Source of the DNA: Paraphysomonas bandaiensis
Lineage: Eukaryota > Protista > Chrysophyceae
Assembly: GCA_965644295.1 (NCBI GenBank)
Contig: CBFFRP010000352.1
Location: 186,001 to 250,000 of the forward strand
Length of the DNA stretch: 64,000 nt
Reading direction: 5' to 3'
Of the stretch, positions 37,074 to 48,427 are shown one piece after another. Both the position numbers and the translations under genes were made by a program. Numbering within the stretch: position 1 is the first letter of the stretch; every line of letters starts with the position of its first letter. The notes under the pieces were generated by a model that was given only the letters and a program-made list of their open reading frames with translations, was not told the origin of the DNA and made no database searches.

Positions 37074-37679
37074 CTACGAGATATTACGGGAAAGCAATAC
37101 AAGAGCGCCCAGAATGAACGGAAGATATGCGAAAGGCCGCACCTGCAACCTGTACTTGTAGTCAATTTCCATTGTCCAGAAATGTCCCAATCCAAATAAT
37201 ATAGTACCATAAACCAGGTAATATCCAGATATATACCCATATTCACGGGCCCACAAGATTCCTTGCGCCACTGCCCCAAGAAAGATAGACAACTGCTTCA
37301 TAGGCTTGTCACTGGCTAGGCGCTGCAAAGAGAATCCATAAAATTTGTAAACACTATAAATAGAGTGTATAGTGAGAAGTGAGTGTGCAGTCCACACAAA
37401 AGCAGATCCACTGAACACAACATACGGAAGGAACGACAAGAGGATCAGAGTCAGCCCAGCTAGAGATATAACTTTATTCAGCTCTACGAGTGTCCAGTCC
37501 CATCCACGCCTAACGAAGATCACATCTGCAAGTAGATCCCATGATAGTGTTTTCTTCTGTTTATGGTATGCGGTATCTGCCAGAGCACACCGTCATCATG
37601 TAACCACAAGTCATACAGGAGACATACATAGCGCCAAATAAGACAGCGTCACCACCGCTCCAATCGTGTAGGCAAGCAT
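37074..37679 (-). CDS. Small multi-pass membrane protein of unknown function (2 exons)
   Basis: ATG at 37679 (MLAYTIGAVV) and a GT-AG intron near 37577-37627. About 6 hydrophobic helices, including LNKVISLAGLTLILLSFLP and several intramembrane His. Confidence 0.8.
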
Positions 37680-38071
37680 TTCAATGTCAGAATTGAGGAG
37701 ATGTTTTGGTAGAATTTATGTGTCGGCTGAGTGCTCTCAAACATATGAATCATCTCACACACTGTGGCTCCAAGCAACCATATGGAAGATACGGTACAGT
37801 TCAGTTCAGTTCATCGAGACATATGCATATGGATGTGTGTATGTACTTCTGTATGTGATTGTACTTATGTATGATATACTGCTGTACGTACATATGTATG
37901 TATCCAGGTACGTCTGATGGGAATGGAATCGCACTGATGCTACAAGGCACATACATACAGAGTGAGTACATCCATCACTCAACAGATGCATATACACTCA
38001 GGCTTATTTGATGAGTTCCATACTACTTTGATTCATTATTGTGATATGTGAGGTAACAACAGTAGCGGAGA

Positions 38072-39792
38072 ATGCTGAATCGAGCACTGTCTATGACTAC
38101 TGTTGGGACAGTTCAAGACCCTGATAGTGATGAAGAGGAAGAAGAGTTGAAATCTTCAGAGCGAAATGCTTCTCAGAAAAGGCCTATATTCCCTCCTAAT
38201 GAGTATATTTGTGTGACGAATCTATGCAGGCGTAAGGTAAGTGCTGATATTTATTAGTAAGTAATTATCCAACCGTTGAAAAGGTGAAGTATGAACTCAG
38301 TATAACGCAACAAATATTCGTCACATTGGAAGATCCTAATAGCAGGTGGCTACGATACGGTTTATATACTCAATTTTCTTATTCTGATGTTATTAGTTTC
38401 TTGGCGACTGTAATTGGTGCACTTCTAATGGGTGTGATCCTCCTCAGCACTATTGTGTACATTATCTCAACAGACCCATCCCAATTGTAAGTTGAAGTGA
38501 ATTCAATCAGTACTATGTCATTTCTTCGGTGTAGGTATATCCCATCTTCTTGCTCAGATCCTGCTTGTAATGATGACCCCAACTTGTGTCCAAATGAAAT
38601 GATCTGTGAACCAGAACCCAAGCCGTGGCTATACAATGTTGAAACCGCCTGTGTGCTTGTTTTTCTTGTGGACTACGTTTTTCGTGTGGCCTCTGTTGCA
38701 ACAATCCCGGCGCGGATGGCAGGCGTATTGGATCCTGAGTGGGATATGGAAAATGCCTACAAGCTCCCAGTGGACCCGCCGTACTCCCGTTCCAAGGTGG
38801 TGCTGCTATATATGCTACGGCCCATGTGTATCATTGATCTCATTGCCATTGTGCCTTTTTTCCTCGATTTCATAAAGCTCGGTAAAACCTCTTCGTTTTC
38901 GGTCATCCGAGTTTTGCGTTTAGCGAGAGTTCTTCGTATAGCAAAGAGCGGGAAATACTCGCAAAGTCTCATGTCATTCGCTACAACACTCAAAGAAAGT
39001 GTATCTGCCCTCTCTATTCTAGTCTTCCTAACTATCTTGGGTGTAGTATTATTCGGAGCATTGGAGTTTTTTTTTGAAAGGGGGGAGTATACTGTTGATA
39101 GTGACTACCCTGAAGGCGCATATCTCCGCCCAAACAAAGAGCATACTGGGAAAGAAGTTTCACCCTTTAATTCTATTGGTACCGCGATGTATTGGGCTAC
39201 CGTTACAATCACAACTCTGGGATATGGAGATATTTATCCTACTACTACCCTGGGTAGGCTCTGCTCATGTGTATGGAGTCTGTGTGGGATCATATGCATT
39301 GCACTCCCAGTGACTGTCTTGGGAACGAATTTCATGGAAATAATTACCAAAGTTGAGAGGGAACGACAGGAAAAGCTAGAAGCCATAAGAAACAATCTCG
39401 AGATTGAGACTACTTCTTCATTGAACGCGATGAATGGCCAAAACCGCTCAGAAGCCCAGAAATCTTTGGACAAAACCTCTGGAAAGCGGCAACAGCGGAG
39501 GAGTGCTCCTGCGGTGCTGGATCGTGGACGTTCAGTTGAAAAGGATGTAGTCAATGTGGATGATCGCTCTGCAGAAGATGCGGTTGCCACAAGTACATCA
39601 TGCGCCTGCGATTCATCTAGAACCCTCAAAGATGCAGAGGAATCTCGAGCAGCCAACTTAGAAAAATTGAAACGCCTCTCTCTACAGATGCAAAATATTG
39701 CCAGTGAAATAAGTTATGTGCAAATGCAAATTCAAGAAGATAACCGAGTGATAGAAGAAAATTACTATATGATTTGTACGAAATATCAATAG
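38072..39792 (+). CDS. Voltage-gated potassium channel (6TM, Kv-like; 4 exons)
   Basis: S3 IIDLIAIVPFF, S4 IRVLRLARVLRIAK, pore MYWATVTITTLGYGDIYP and S6 IALPVTVL. Introns near 38238-38283, 38345-38396 and 38487-38534. Confidence 0.97.
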
Positions 39793-40199
39793 TGGATATG
39801 ACGTTTATAATCGCTATTGTATCTTGGAACATAGACTGTAGTCGTATTGAAATATACTGGGTAGTATATCGAGCATTCGTGTTAATTTCATAAAATTGAT
39901 GGTTTATATTCTATTTTATCTTAATTTATCCGAAGCAGCAGCGACTAATGGTTCAATTCTTATGGTAACATATTTCACAGTACATTGCTAGTTGTGGTAT
40001 TTTAAAATCTTTAATATACATTTAATACGAATTGAAAGTATTCATCAATATAATCCTAAAGTGTCGATCATTGTATATGAAATATAAAAATATGTGTAGC
40101 AGCTGTAGTAATGTAGTAATCGCAGAATTGTCATATAAGTAGTGTCAATAAAATTCTAGAATGAACGTGAGAATCACTTCATTCAATTGTTCATTTAAG

Positions 40200-40960
40200 T
40201 TTTTAATTGAAAGACATTAGGTTCTGTGTATGTCCTCGTTTTTCCACACTTTGCGTATGAGCACACGACTTCCTGATAAGAAGTATGCAATTACACTTCC
40301 TGTGAAGAGCTCTCCTGCCCCAATCCTTTACTTGATCGTAACGTCGACATATTGTAATCTTCTTACTAAATGAAATGTCGCCTTCTAGATACAGGTTTGT
40401 GTCCAGTTGGTCCAGGTCCTTGCGGGTCTCCAAAATGCTTTTTTCGAGACATACGTAAGTCGCTCACCAAGTTCCGCTTGTTTTTGTGTGATACCGCTAA
40501 GTCGACGAATGGCTGCACATATACCAGCTCCCCGGGTAGAATCTTGAATCTCGTCAAGTCTTTATTCAACTCAACTAATTCGTACTGAACTTCCCGACGA
40601 AACCGATCAATTAGTCTAATTGTTCTATTTCAGGGTCGTCCTGTGATAGCATGTCGTTTTCACGGAAATGTTGATCGACAATTTCTAGCATCTTTGAACT
40701 GCTTCAAAGATGGAGCTGATGCACGTGTCTTTTCTCTACAGTTATTTGTCCAGATCTTCTTTGTACTTGTTCCGTACAGCTACTGGAGCAATGACAGCGG
40801 GTCTCAGAGGACGCTCCACCAGGCCCACATTTCAATTCTTTCGCATCAACCAGGCCTTCAATTTCTTTGCTCAGTTCACCACACTAAACTGATCGATTTT
40901 TGGCAGTTGCTTCTAGTCATATCTGGAAATATCGTCAGCTACCATGTTAGCAAATGACAT
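40200..40960 (-). mobile_element. Decayed Ty1/Copia-like gag remnant
   Basis: Read through the stops from ATG 40960: ...VN*AKKLKAWLMRKN*...KYKEDLDK*L*RKDTCISSIFEAV, then RF...ELVELNKDLTRFKILPGE. This resembles Copia gag (UBN2-like) spacing. Many stops and frameshifts. Confidence 0.6.
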
Positions 40961-41558
40961 AAACTTTCACTCTATGCTGAGATTTAAGTTAGGAACATAT
41001 AGCAACATATATATGATAAACTTATGATCAATATCACTTATTGTTCACTGTTAATTGCTTAATTCATGCTGCCCAACTATCAATCATTTCCGCACATTCT
41101 TTTTTATATCACGATCTTATATGATCAATACCGTTCAGCTTCACAACTATGATTACTAGCATGACATTAGTTCTCATAATTAAACAGAAGATTTATCATT
41201 TATCATATATATACTAAGTACAATTATTAATAATACGATGTATACTGTACTATAAAAATAATATCAAACTGAATTGGTGCAAGGTAATCAAACATATGTA
41301 TGCTTCTTAATCCAGATATAAGTCAATATTGGGTATTAGCGACGAATCGTCTGTGTGGTTTTGTTGATGAATGAGATCGTGTAGCACTCTTCTCATTGTT
41401 GTTACCCCTCATATGTATACTAAGCAGATTCCTTGCAGCTGATTTATTCTGCACGTTTTACAAGAACTTAAACTCATATTCTGTTGAGCGTTATAATGAC
41501 CTCTAATTTAATAATCCTTCAATCAGAAATTCCTTGAGTCAGTAGAAACTATTCATAA

Positions 41559-42290
41559 TCAATGCCTTTTTAATTTAGCTAATACATAATCTTTGAGGTC
41601 ATTAGCACTAAAATTTTCCGCTGTATATTCAGCGCCTAAATTTCTTAACCGATCTGCCTCTAATGTCGAAGTGATTCCAACTATTCCAGCTGGACCAGCC
41701 GCAACGGCAGCTGCAAGCCCTGTAGACAACCAGTCATTTATACGTATGCTTATTCATATAGTATATCAAGTACCTGCTGGGCTATCTTCAAAGACCACAC
41801 AGTTATCGATATTCACACCAAGGCGTCGAGCGCCTTCTAAATACGGCACAGGAGACGGTTTGCTTTCGGTGCATTCTTCTCCAATAACCAAACAATCAAA
41901 GGCATTATCAAGTCTAAGTGCAGTTAACACACACTCAGCATTCGCTCGTGGGGCATTTGTCACAATTGCAACTTTAATTCCGAGTGATTTAGCCCATAAA
42001 ATGAAATCTTTTCCACCCAGAATGGCCTCCACTCCTTTCTCAGCAACTTGCTCCCTGTACTTTGCTTCCTTCTCATCAGCATAGTGCTGACACTCTGCAT
42101 CAGACAACTCTTTTCCAAAAAGATATGGAAATATGGCACTGTTGCTTCTCCCGTGAATATACTTCTCGAATTCTGTCTCTGTTAGTTGGAATCCAGAGAC
42201 ATGAGACACACAGAACTGCTGGAACACTGTAAAGTGCAACCCATCAGAATTTGCAAGAGTACCATCTAAGTCAATCAGAAGAGCGCACAT
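41559..42290 (-). CDS. HAD-superfamily phosphatase (beta-PGM/CbbY/Sgpp-like; 2 exons)
   Basis: Motif I LIDLDGTL, motif II VTNA, motif III KPSP and motif IV VFEDSPAG. Intron near 41721-41773, stop TGA at 41559-41561. Confidence 0.95.
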
Positions 42291-43453
42291 GAATAGAATT
42301 GTGGATCGATCTATGCAATTATGAGCAGTGTGGTGTTCTCTATAGTTCTCTATGCATCTGCAGGTCTCAATACTGATTCTCTATGCGTACTGATTCACTG
42401 CAACTCGTACTGCTGTAGGAGTGTATGTGGACATCGTTCCTCTCTCTTTCTGAAGTCTAGAAATGGAAAAAATACCACTGAAAAAACACGGACTCTTTTA
42501 TGGATGCCCGCACCAGCAGCAGCAGTGTGTGATATCTACGTAGCCACCGCATATGGATATCCTTCACTTGCATATATCGTTAAGATATGGTAGGAGATTT
42601 TGCATAAATCCATCTAGTAAAATGTAAGATGGATACAAGCAATGAATGGTGAAATGCACCGGGCATTGCAGAACTGAATTTGTTAGGCACTTCTGCATCA
42701 TTTCAATATAGTCCTAGCCCAAGAATATGATGCAGTAAGTGGACACAATGTGGTATTGCTATATATATTGTATCGTCATCAGCATCTATCTATAGTACTT
42801 GTATTACGCGTAGAACACTTTTCTGGCTGTGACATATAGTTATTTCCTTGTTATGATATGAATTTATGTCTGCCGCATCTGAAGGGAGCAGAATATTGAA
42901 ATAGTGTTGTAATAGCTTACCACCTATAGTAGTGTAATACTTTTATTTAGGATCAACGGTATATATTGCGGTACTACTATATCAATATAGTGTTCAATAT
43001 TATTCAATGTGATGTATTGTTCCCTGGCCGTGTGCCGAATCATTATGTATATAGTATATAGCATACGGAGGTTAGATCCTTGGGAAGCTTTCTGTCATTG
43101 TCAGGGAAAACATTGCTTGTTGAGTGCTTGAGTCAAGACAAGGGATTAATATATTTCAAGTTAGACTTATATTGACAGAGCCATATTTGAGGTAAAAATT
43201 GGATTGCATTGCTTATTACTTAGTACAATATCGCATAGAATGCGTATTACATATAGTATAGTATATTATTCCCTTGCCATGCTATAGCCTGAATACTACT
43301 ATGTGTGACCTCAACACGAATGACTCTTCGATTTATAATCAATCACTGATGTGGAGAAAAATAGATACACACAAAACATGCACAAAATATATTCAATAAT
43401 CGGTCACATTATATTAACGAAGCCATAATAACTATAATGGTACGGAGTAAATC

Positions 43454-43471
43454 TACGCCCCATGGGGCGTA
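43454..43471. other. Perfect 18-bp GC-rich palindrome TACGCCCCATGGGGCGTA
   Basis: Self-complementary sequence in AT-rich DNA about 135 bp downstream of the 43606-44589 gene. Confidence 0.85.
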
Positions 43472-43605
43472 CAAAAGCATTATATTTTTCTTCAAAACAA
43501 TAGCAGTGCACTTTAATATAAACATAGCGCTTTGAACAAAGTCGCGCACAAGCTGCAGCCACTACAATTATATACAAATATTATAAAATAATTACGCTCT
43601 ACATA

Positions 43606-44589
43606 CTATTTTATCTTTCGGAAAGATTCATAAATACTCGACTGTCGAACATTATTTTTCCTTCCGTACTTGTGCACAAGTAGAAGCGGGGTATCTGCTA
43701 ATCTTGCACCTTTCACGTGTTTACCTGGCACATTTCTGCCAATCCACTCGGAATCACTCGATGTCACCGCCTTTCGTTTATGTCTATCGCTCTTCTTTGC
43801 TGAAACAGACGTAAGCGATAGACTACCGCGCTTCGATCCAGTGCTATATCCAAGAAGTTCCTTTCTGAAGCGATTAGCTCTTTTTGGAGAATTGGATTCG
43901 TGAAGTTCTAACACCCTAGTAGGAGCCCTGGGAACGTCCTCGTCCACTGAAAACATCACAGGGGACTTTAAAACAACGGGAGAATCAGAGAAATCACTTT
44001 CGATGTCTTCCTGGCCACGGTCTTGGGTCACTGAAGTTGAGTCTATCATAACAGCACTGCTACATGGTTCACAGTTGGAACGCCTCTCATCGCTACTGTT
44101 TTTATTGAGTTGCTGCTCCAACTCTTCATAATCACTCCCTATGTCTTTCTGGCCAAGGTCTGGGGCCACTGATGTTGGGGCTACCATTACAACACTGCTA
44201 CACGACTCACGGTTGGAACACCCCTCACCGCTATTTTTACTACTATGTTGCTGCTCTAACTCTTCTTTAACTTGGACTGGTCCGTGTCTACTGTCTATAC
44301 TACACATACTATTGTCACATATTTCTTCCTCAATATGCTCTGAGATAATCTCAGGAGATTTAGGTCGAGATAAAAAATCTGCCCAGTCATCAGCTGAATT
44401 GGGACAAAAGCACTCCATCCACGCAGGCCAAGGTGGGCCCCAAACACCCTGGACTAAGTAAAGTCCTTTGCTCTTGGCTATTGAACGAGAACTGTCGTAT
44501 GAGTCATGGTACTCACTGCAGTAGGGATTCAAGCTTCGACGAGGTGCAATACAACCAGGAATAACACACTCTTCAAACGCTTGCGACAT
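43606..44589 (-). CDS. Hypothetical intronless protein (Cys/His N-terminus, internal 46-aa duplication, C-terminal PIP-box-like motif)
   Basis: 327-aa ATG-initiated ORF with CVIPGC-x10-CSEYH, two copies of EELEQQ...CSS.VM...TSV..D.GQ.DI.SD 138 nt apart, and the ending RQSSIYESFRKIK. Confidence 0.75.
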   Translation of the reverse strand: MSQAFEECVIPGCIAPRRSLNPYCSEYHDSYDSSRSIAKSKGLYLVQGVWGPPWPAWMECFCPNSADDWADFLSRPKSPEIISEHIEEEICDNSMCSIDSRHGPVQVKEELEQQHSSKNSGEGCSNRESCSSVVMVAPTSVAPDLGQKDIGSDYEELEQQLNKNSSDERRSNCEPCSSAVMIDSTSVTQDRGQEDIESDFSDSPVVLKSPVMFSVDEDVPRAPTRVLELHESNSPKRANRFRKELLGYSTGSKRGSLSLTSVSAKKSDRHKRKAVTSSDSEWIGRNVPGKHVKGARLADTPLLLVHKYGRKNNVRQSSIYESFRKIK

Positions 44590-45509
44590 ATTTACTATGG
44601 CTTATACTGTACTGCTGGTCTAACCATTTGTAACATTAATACACCTCAATCACAATTCAATTATCAAAATTTAAGTTCCAGAAAAAAACACTATAAAAAA
44701 TCAGAAATCATTAGAAAAAATGAGAGATTCCTCACTTTTCCCTGAAAATACACATTTTTCATGCACATATCGAGAATTTTCCCTACCCTTAATAAGAAAC
44801 ACCTCAGCACAACATGGACAAGAGGACACTGCACACTACCTTAACACACACCAGGAACTCTAAAGGATTAACACCACATATCCAACTGCCTCTTAGCGCT
44901 GTTGTCATTCAAGCAAGCTGTACTGCTCCTGATACCATTGCAATTGTATAGAATAACTGAGTTGATGATGATTTACAGCCCTTAAGATTTCAGGTATACA
45001 GTACAGTGCAGTGCAGTGCAGTGCTATCCTTTGAGGAGAAAAACCTGCATACGACAACTTGTTACATCAGATTCATAGTATGTTAGACTCAAACTGAATG
45101 TGCGGTATGATATTGTAATGGTAGCATATAGGACGTAGAGTGACTTCTAGGCTGATTTATCGTCTCAAATTCCAAAATTCTACCTGCGATACTGTTTCCT
45201 ACAAGAATGACATATGATTCCAATTAGTAGAAGGGTCTTAAATTGAAGGGATCGTGGAATTGAATAACTTCCGATATTACGAAGCTTTGTAACTCATCTC
45301 AGTTCACGCTTACTATTTCCAAAGATATACTGGACAATGCATTCCTTATGTCGATATAAAACTTAGAAACCCATGCTTACACATAGATTTATAAGCTCTA
45401 AATGGAGCTAATAAGCATTGTGGTGTGCTACTAGACATAAATTTATGATCGTGTTATGCTGAATTATTTAATTAACGTAATTAAGTTTTAAATTATGATA
45501 CAACATATG

Positions 45510-47160
45510 TCATACGCTAAACGAAAACGTAAAGGAGTCATTGGACACAGGGCCGGAAGTACTTTCAACCGTGTCATCTAACGTGGAGTCAGTTTTGAAT
45601 CGCTTTGAACTTCTCACTTTATCAAACAAGCTCCTTTTCTTAGGTTCTTCTGTAGCACTAACTATACGCTTGACATCCCCTCTATCAAGAGCAAATGGCA
45701 CTTCGATTTGAAGCAGTTTCAGAAACTCATCGTACATACTATCCGCAAATTCATTCCCACCTTCGCGGTCACGGACCCCGGATATTTGGTCTTTCTTAAA
45801 TTTCAAAAATTTCAGACAGTCGGCCAAATTAGCTGTACTCACATAGTTCTGTGTTATGGCTATGCTTTCATCTAGATTGACAACCATATGCCACCAGTTA
45901 TGAGGGACAAATATCATTTCCCCAGGTTCCACAATCACTTCCAAAGGGCGTTTCGAGGGGTCAGGATCACGTCGTGCTTCCAAGTGATGCTGCCAAAATG
46001 ATAACAACCATTCTCCTGTTGAGAGGGGTACAATTACATCTGCTCCATCCTTGGAAACCACCACGCCTGGAGGAGTCACTGAGGGAGGGTAAAACACCCA
46101 TTTCTTACGACCTCGGATCGATGCGTTCCAAGCGTTAGTTTGGTTAGGATCAATGTGAAAGATAGAACCTGACCGGCGGGGACCCATAATAAGCCAACGA
46201 TAGTCCGGCCTCTTTATTTCACCGAACACAGAGAAAAGGTCAGAGGCATGTTTCTGACCCTCCCCACAGGTGCAGTTGTAAGGGGGGGTGTTGGAGGGAG
46301 GGCAGAACATTGGGGGGACCGTGAATCCCTCCTGCAGGCCATTTACTGTGGCAAAGCCTCTCTCAAATAGATAGAGAGGGACTTCTTCAGTGGCTAGTTC
46401 AGCATAAGTATTGTATTTGCTAATTGTAAAAGATGCTGCGTGCGAGGCTGTAGCAGAGGTTGCACGAAATCGCTTAGATCCACACACCCGCTCGAGATAG
46501 TCCTTCGTCCACAGCTTGTATGCCGGCCAAGTAGTAACTTCACCCTCTATTACAAGAGGAATATTCTTTGACTCATATTCACGTACAAATTCACATGGTG
46601 TAAGTGTAGATATATGTCGTCTCTCAATATCGTTGTGTCGAAAGAAACCTGGGCAAGCTGTTTCCAAATCGAACTCCCTTGTAACCCACGACCGATATAA
46701 CAGATCTGACCCAATCGTAGGTAGAGATAAAGGCTTATGAGGTACAACTGTTCCTGTTAAATTCGCATATGTATCTTTCCATGATGAAATAAATTGAAAA
46801 TCAGAACGACCACTCTTCTGTAGTGTCAGATCGCGCCATAATTCGCAATGATGGGCAAGAACATAAAGCTGAATAGACTATGAGGAGTGTCATACTAAAA
46901 AAACCAATAACATACCATACGGGATGTGGTCAGTAAACGAACTAGATCTCTAGCGGAGCAATAGCAAAAAATATCGAGGAGCAGCTCATCTGTTAACATG
47001 CGAAGCCTCCCCCTTGGCAGAAAAGTTACTATATGCATTCAACTTGTTGGATCACTTACAGGCCATAGCTTCTGTGATTGGTTTTACTACTTCCTAAAAA
47101 GGCAGTGCCTCCAGGACCAATGCCATATGGATGGTTCTTCTCGATTAAATAAGAGGACAT
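45510..47160 (-). CDS. F-box + JmjC domain protein (JMJD6-like family; 3 exons)
   Basis: Spliced N-terminus HPYGIGPGG...GLGRLRMLTDELLLDIF...LWRDL (F-box). JmjC RPDYRWLIMGPRRSGSIFHIDPNQTNAWNA...GRKKW...FVPHNWWHMVVNL...AITQNYV with the HxD...H iron triad. Confidence 0.95.
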
Positions 47161-47600
47161 GTAATATGCCAGCTGCCCGACTCACAGTCGTCTATTCGTT
47201 TTAGCTGTGCGTAAATAGCAGAAATATACTACAATGAAACTATGAGGAGTATGAATAACTGTCTTTGGGCTGTCATGAATGCAGCAAAGAGTTTATCTGT
47301 GCAGTATACAGCAGCAACAGTGGGGTCATTGCACTGACCATAGATAACAGCGCTGCAGCCAATCGTATTCCCTCTCAACTGCTTCTGTATTCCACAATAT
47401 ACTGTATATACACTTGTGTGGTATACTGCTGCATACATACACAATACACAGTTTTATACATGCATAAACTGGTATAGAGTATACTGGTATAGTATGTCTG
47501 TCCAGTTGTGTGTGGGAGGTGCAGTTAACTCTCCTCATTGGGCCTGATCGCACACATACTTGTGCACTGCAAACTTAGGTTGAAACTTTGATAAACACAC
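47161..47600. promoter_or_regulatory. Representative putative bidirectional promoter (JmjC / BUD31) with ACTGCTGYA-type motif
   Basis: About 440 bp between divergent start codons, with TACAGCAGC near 47307 and ACTGCTGCA near 47425. The same motif recurs in other divergent spacers. Confidence 0.55.
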
Positions 47601-48427
47601 ATGTCTAAATTTGGAAGGAAGTTGAAGGAGCCACCGCCAGGATTCGATTATGTTGAGCCGACTTTAACGGCACTGGAAAATGAGCTGAGAGAAAGTAAGT
47701 GTATGTTTGGTTGCCTCTTATCAACTCATGTATAATACCAGAAATCAATGAGCCACATGAGGGACTCAGAAAAACTGAATCACAGTGGCCAGTGCACCAA
47801 ATTAATTGGCAACGATCACGCTATATATACGACATGTATTATATATATCACCGTATTTCTCGTGAGGTCTACGACTACTGCATTAAAAACAAGCTTGTCG
47901 ATGCCGGTCTGATAGCAAAATGGAAGAAACCTGGTTATGAGCGGTTATGCTCGACGTATGTCATCAATACTCGTAACTACAAGTTCGGTACAGTCAGCAT
48001 ATGTCGAGTTCCCAAGCACTGTCTTGCGCCAGGAACAGAGATCGAGGATGCCGTTACAGGGTGTCGTGGATGCGCTTCTGGGCCTGGTGGTAACAAGAAT
48101 ATATTCGGTAATAAGTATGGGCAGTATCTTGCCGCTATTCAGATTGCTCGTGAACAAAAAATGGAAGCTGATGCTGGTATGGAAAGGGCGAATCAGAATA
48201 GCGATTCAGATGAGTCGGAGGATGAAAATGAGGTAGTAGGAGCAGCTGATGGATCCTCAGGAGCCAAGCCCTCCATCTGGGCAGCTGCTGAAGAAGAAGA
48301 AGAAATAGCATTACCTGAGGAAGCAATGGGAGTGGTGGACGGCAATGCTGAGAGGGAAGCACGCCGTGCCCTTCCACGTGCAGCTGCTGATGGCGACCAC
48401 CCGTCTAAGAAACAAAAAATGAATTGA
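47601..48427 (+). CDS. BUD31: BUD31/G10 family splicing factor, Cys-reduced variant with acidic C-terminal extension (2 exons)
   Basis: PPPGFDYVEPTL, PHEGLRKTESQWPVHQINWQRSRYIYDMYY, LIAKWKKPGYERLC, ICRVPK and GCRGCAS. Intron near 47695-47741. Confidence 0.95.

Noticed and set aside
45005-45024. (CAGTG)4 short tandem repeat
   Set aside because: Too short to support any function.
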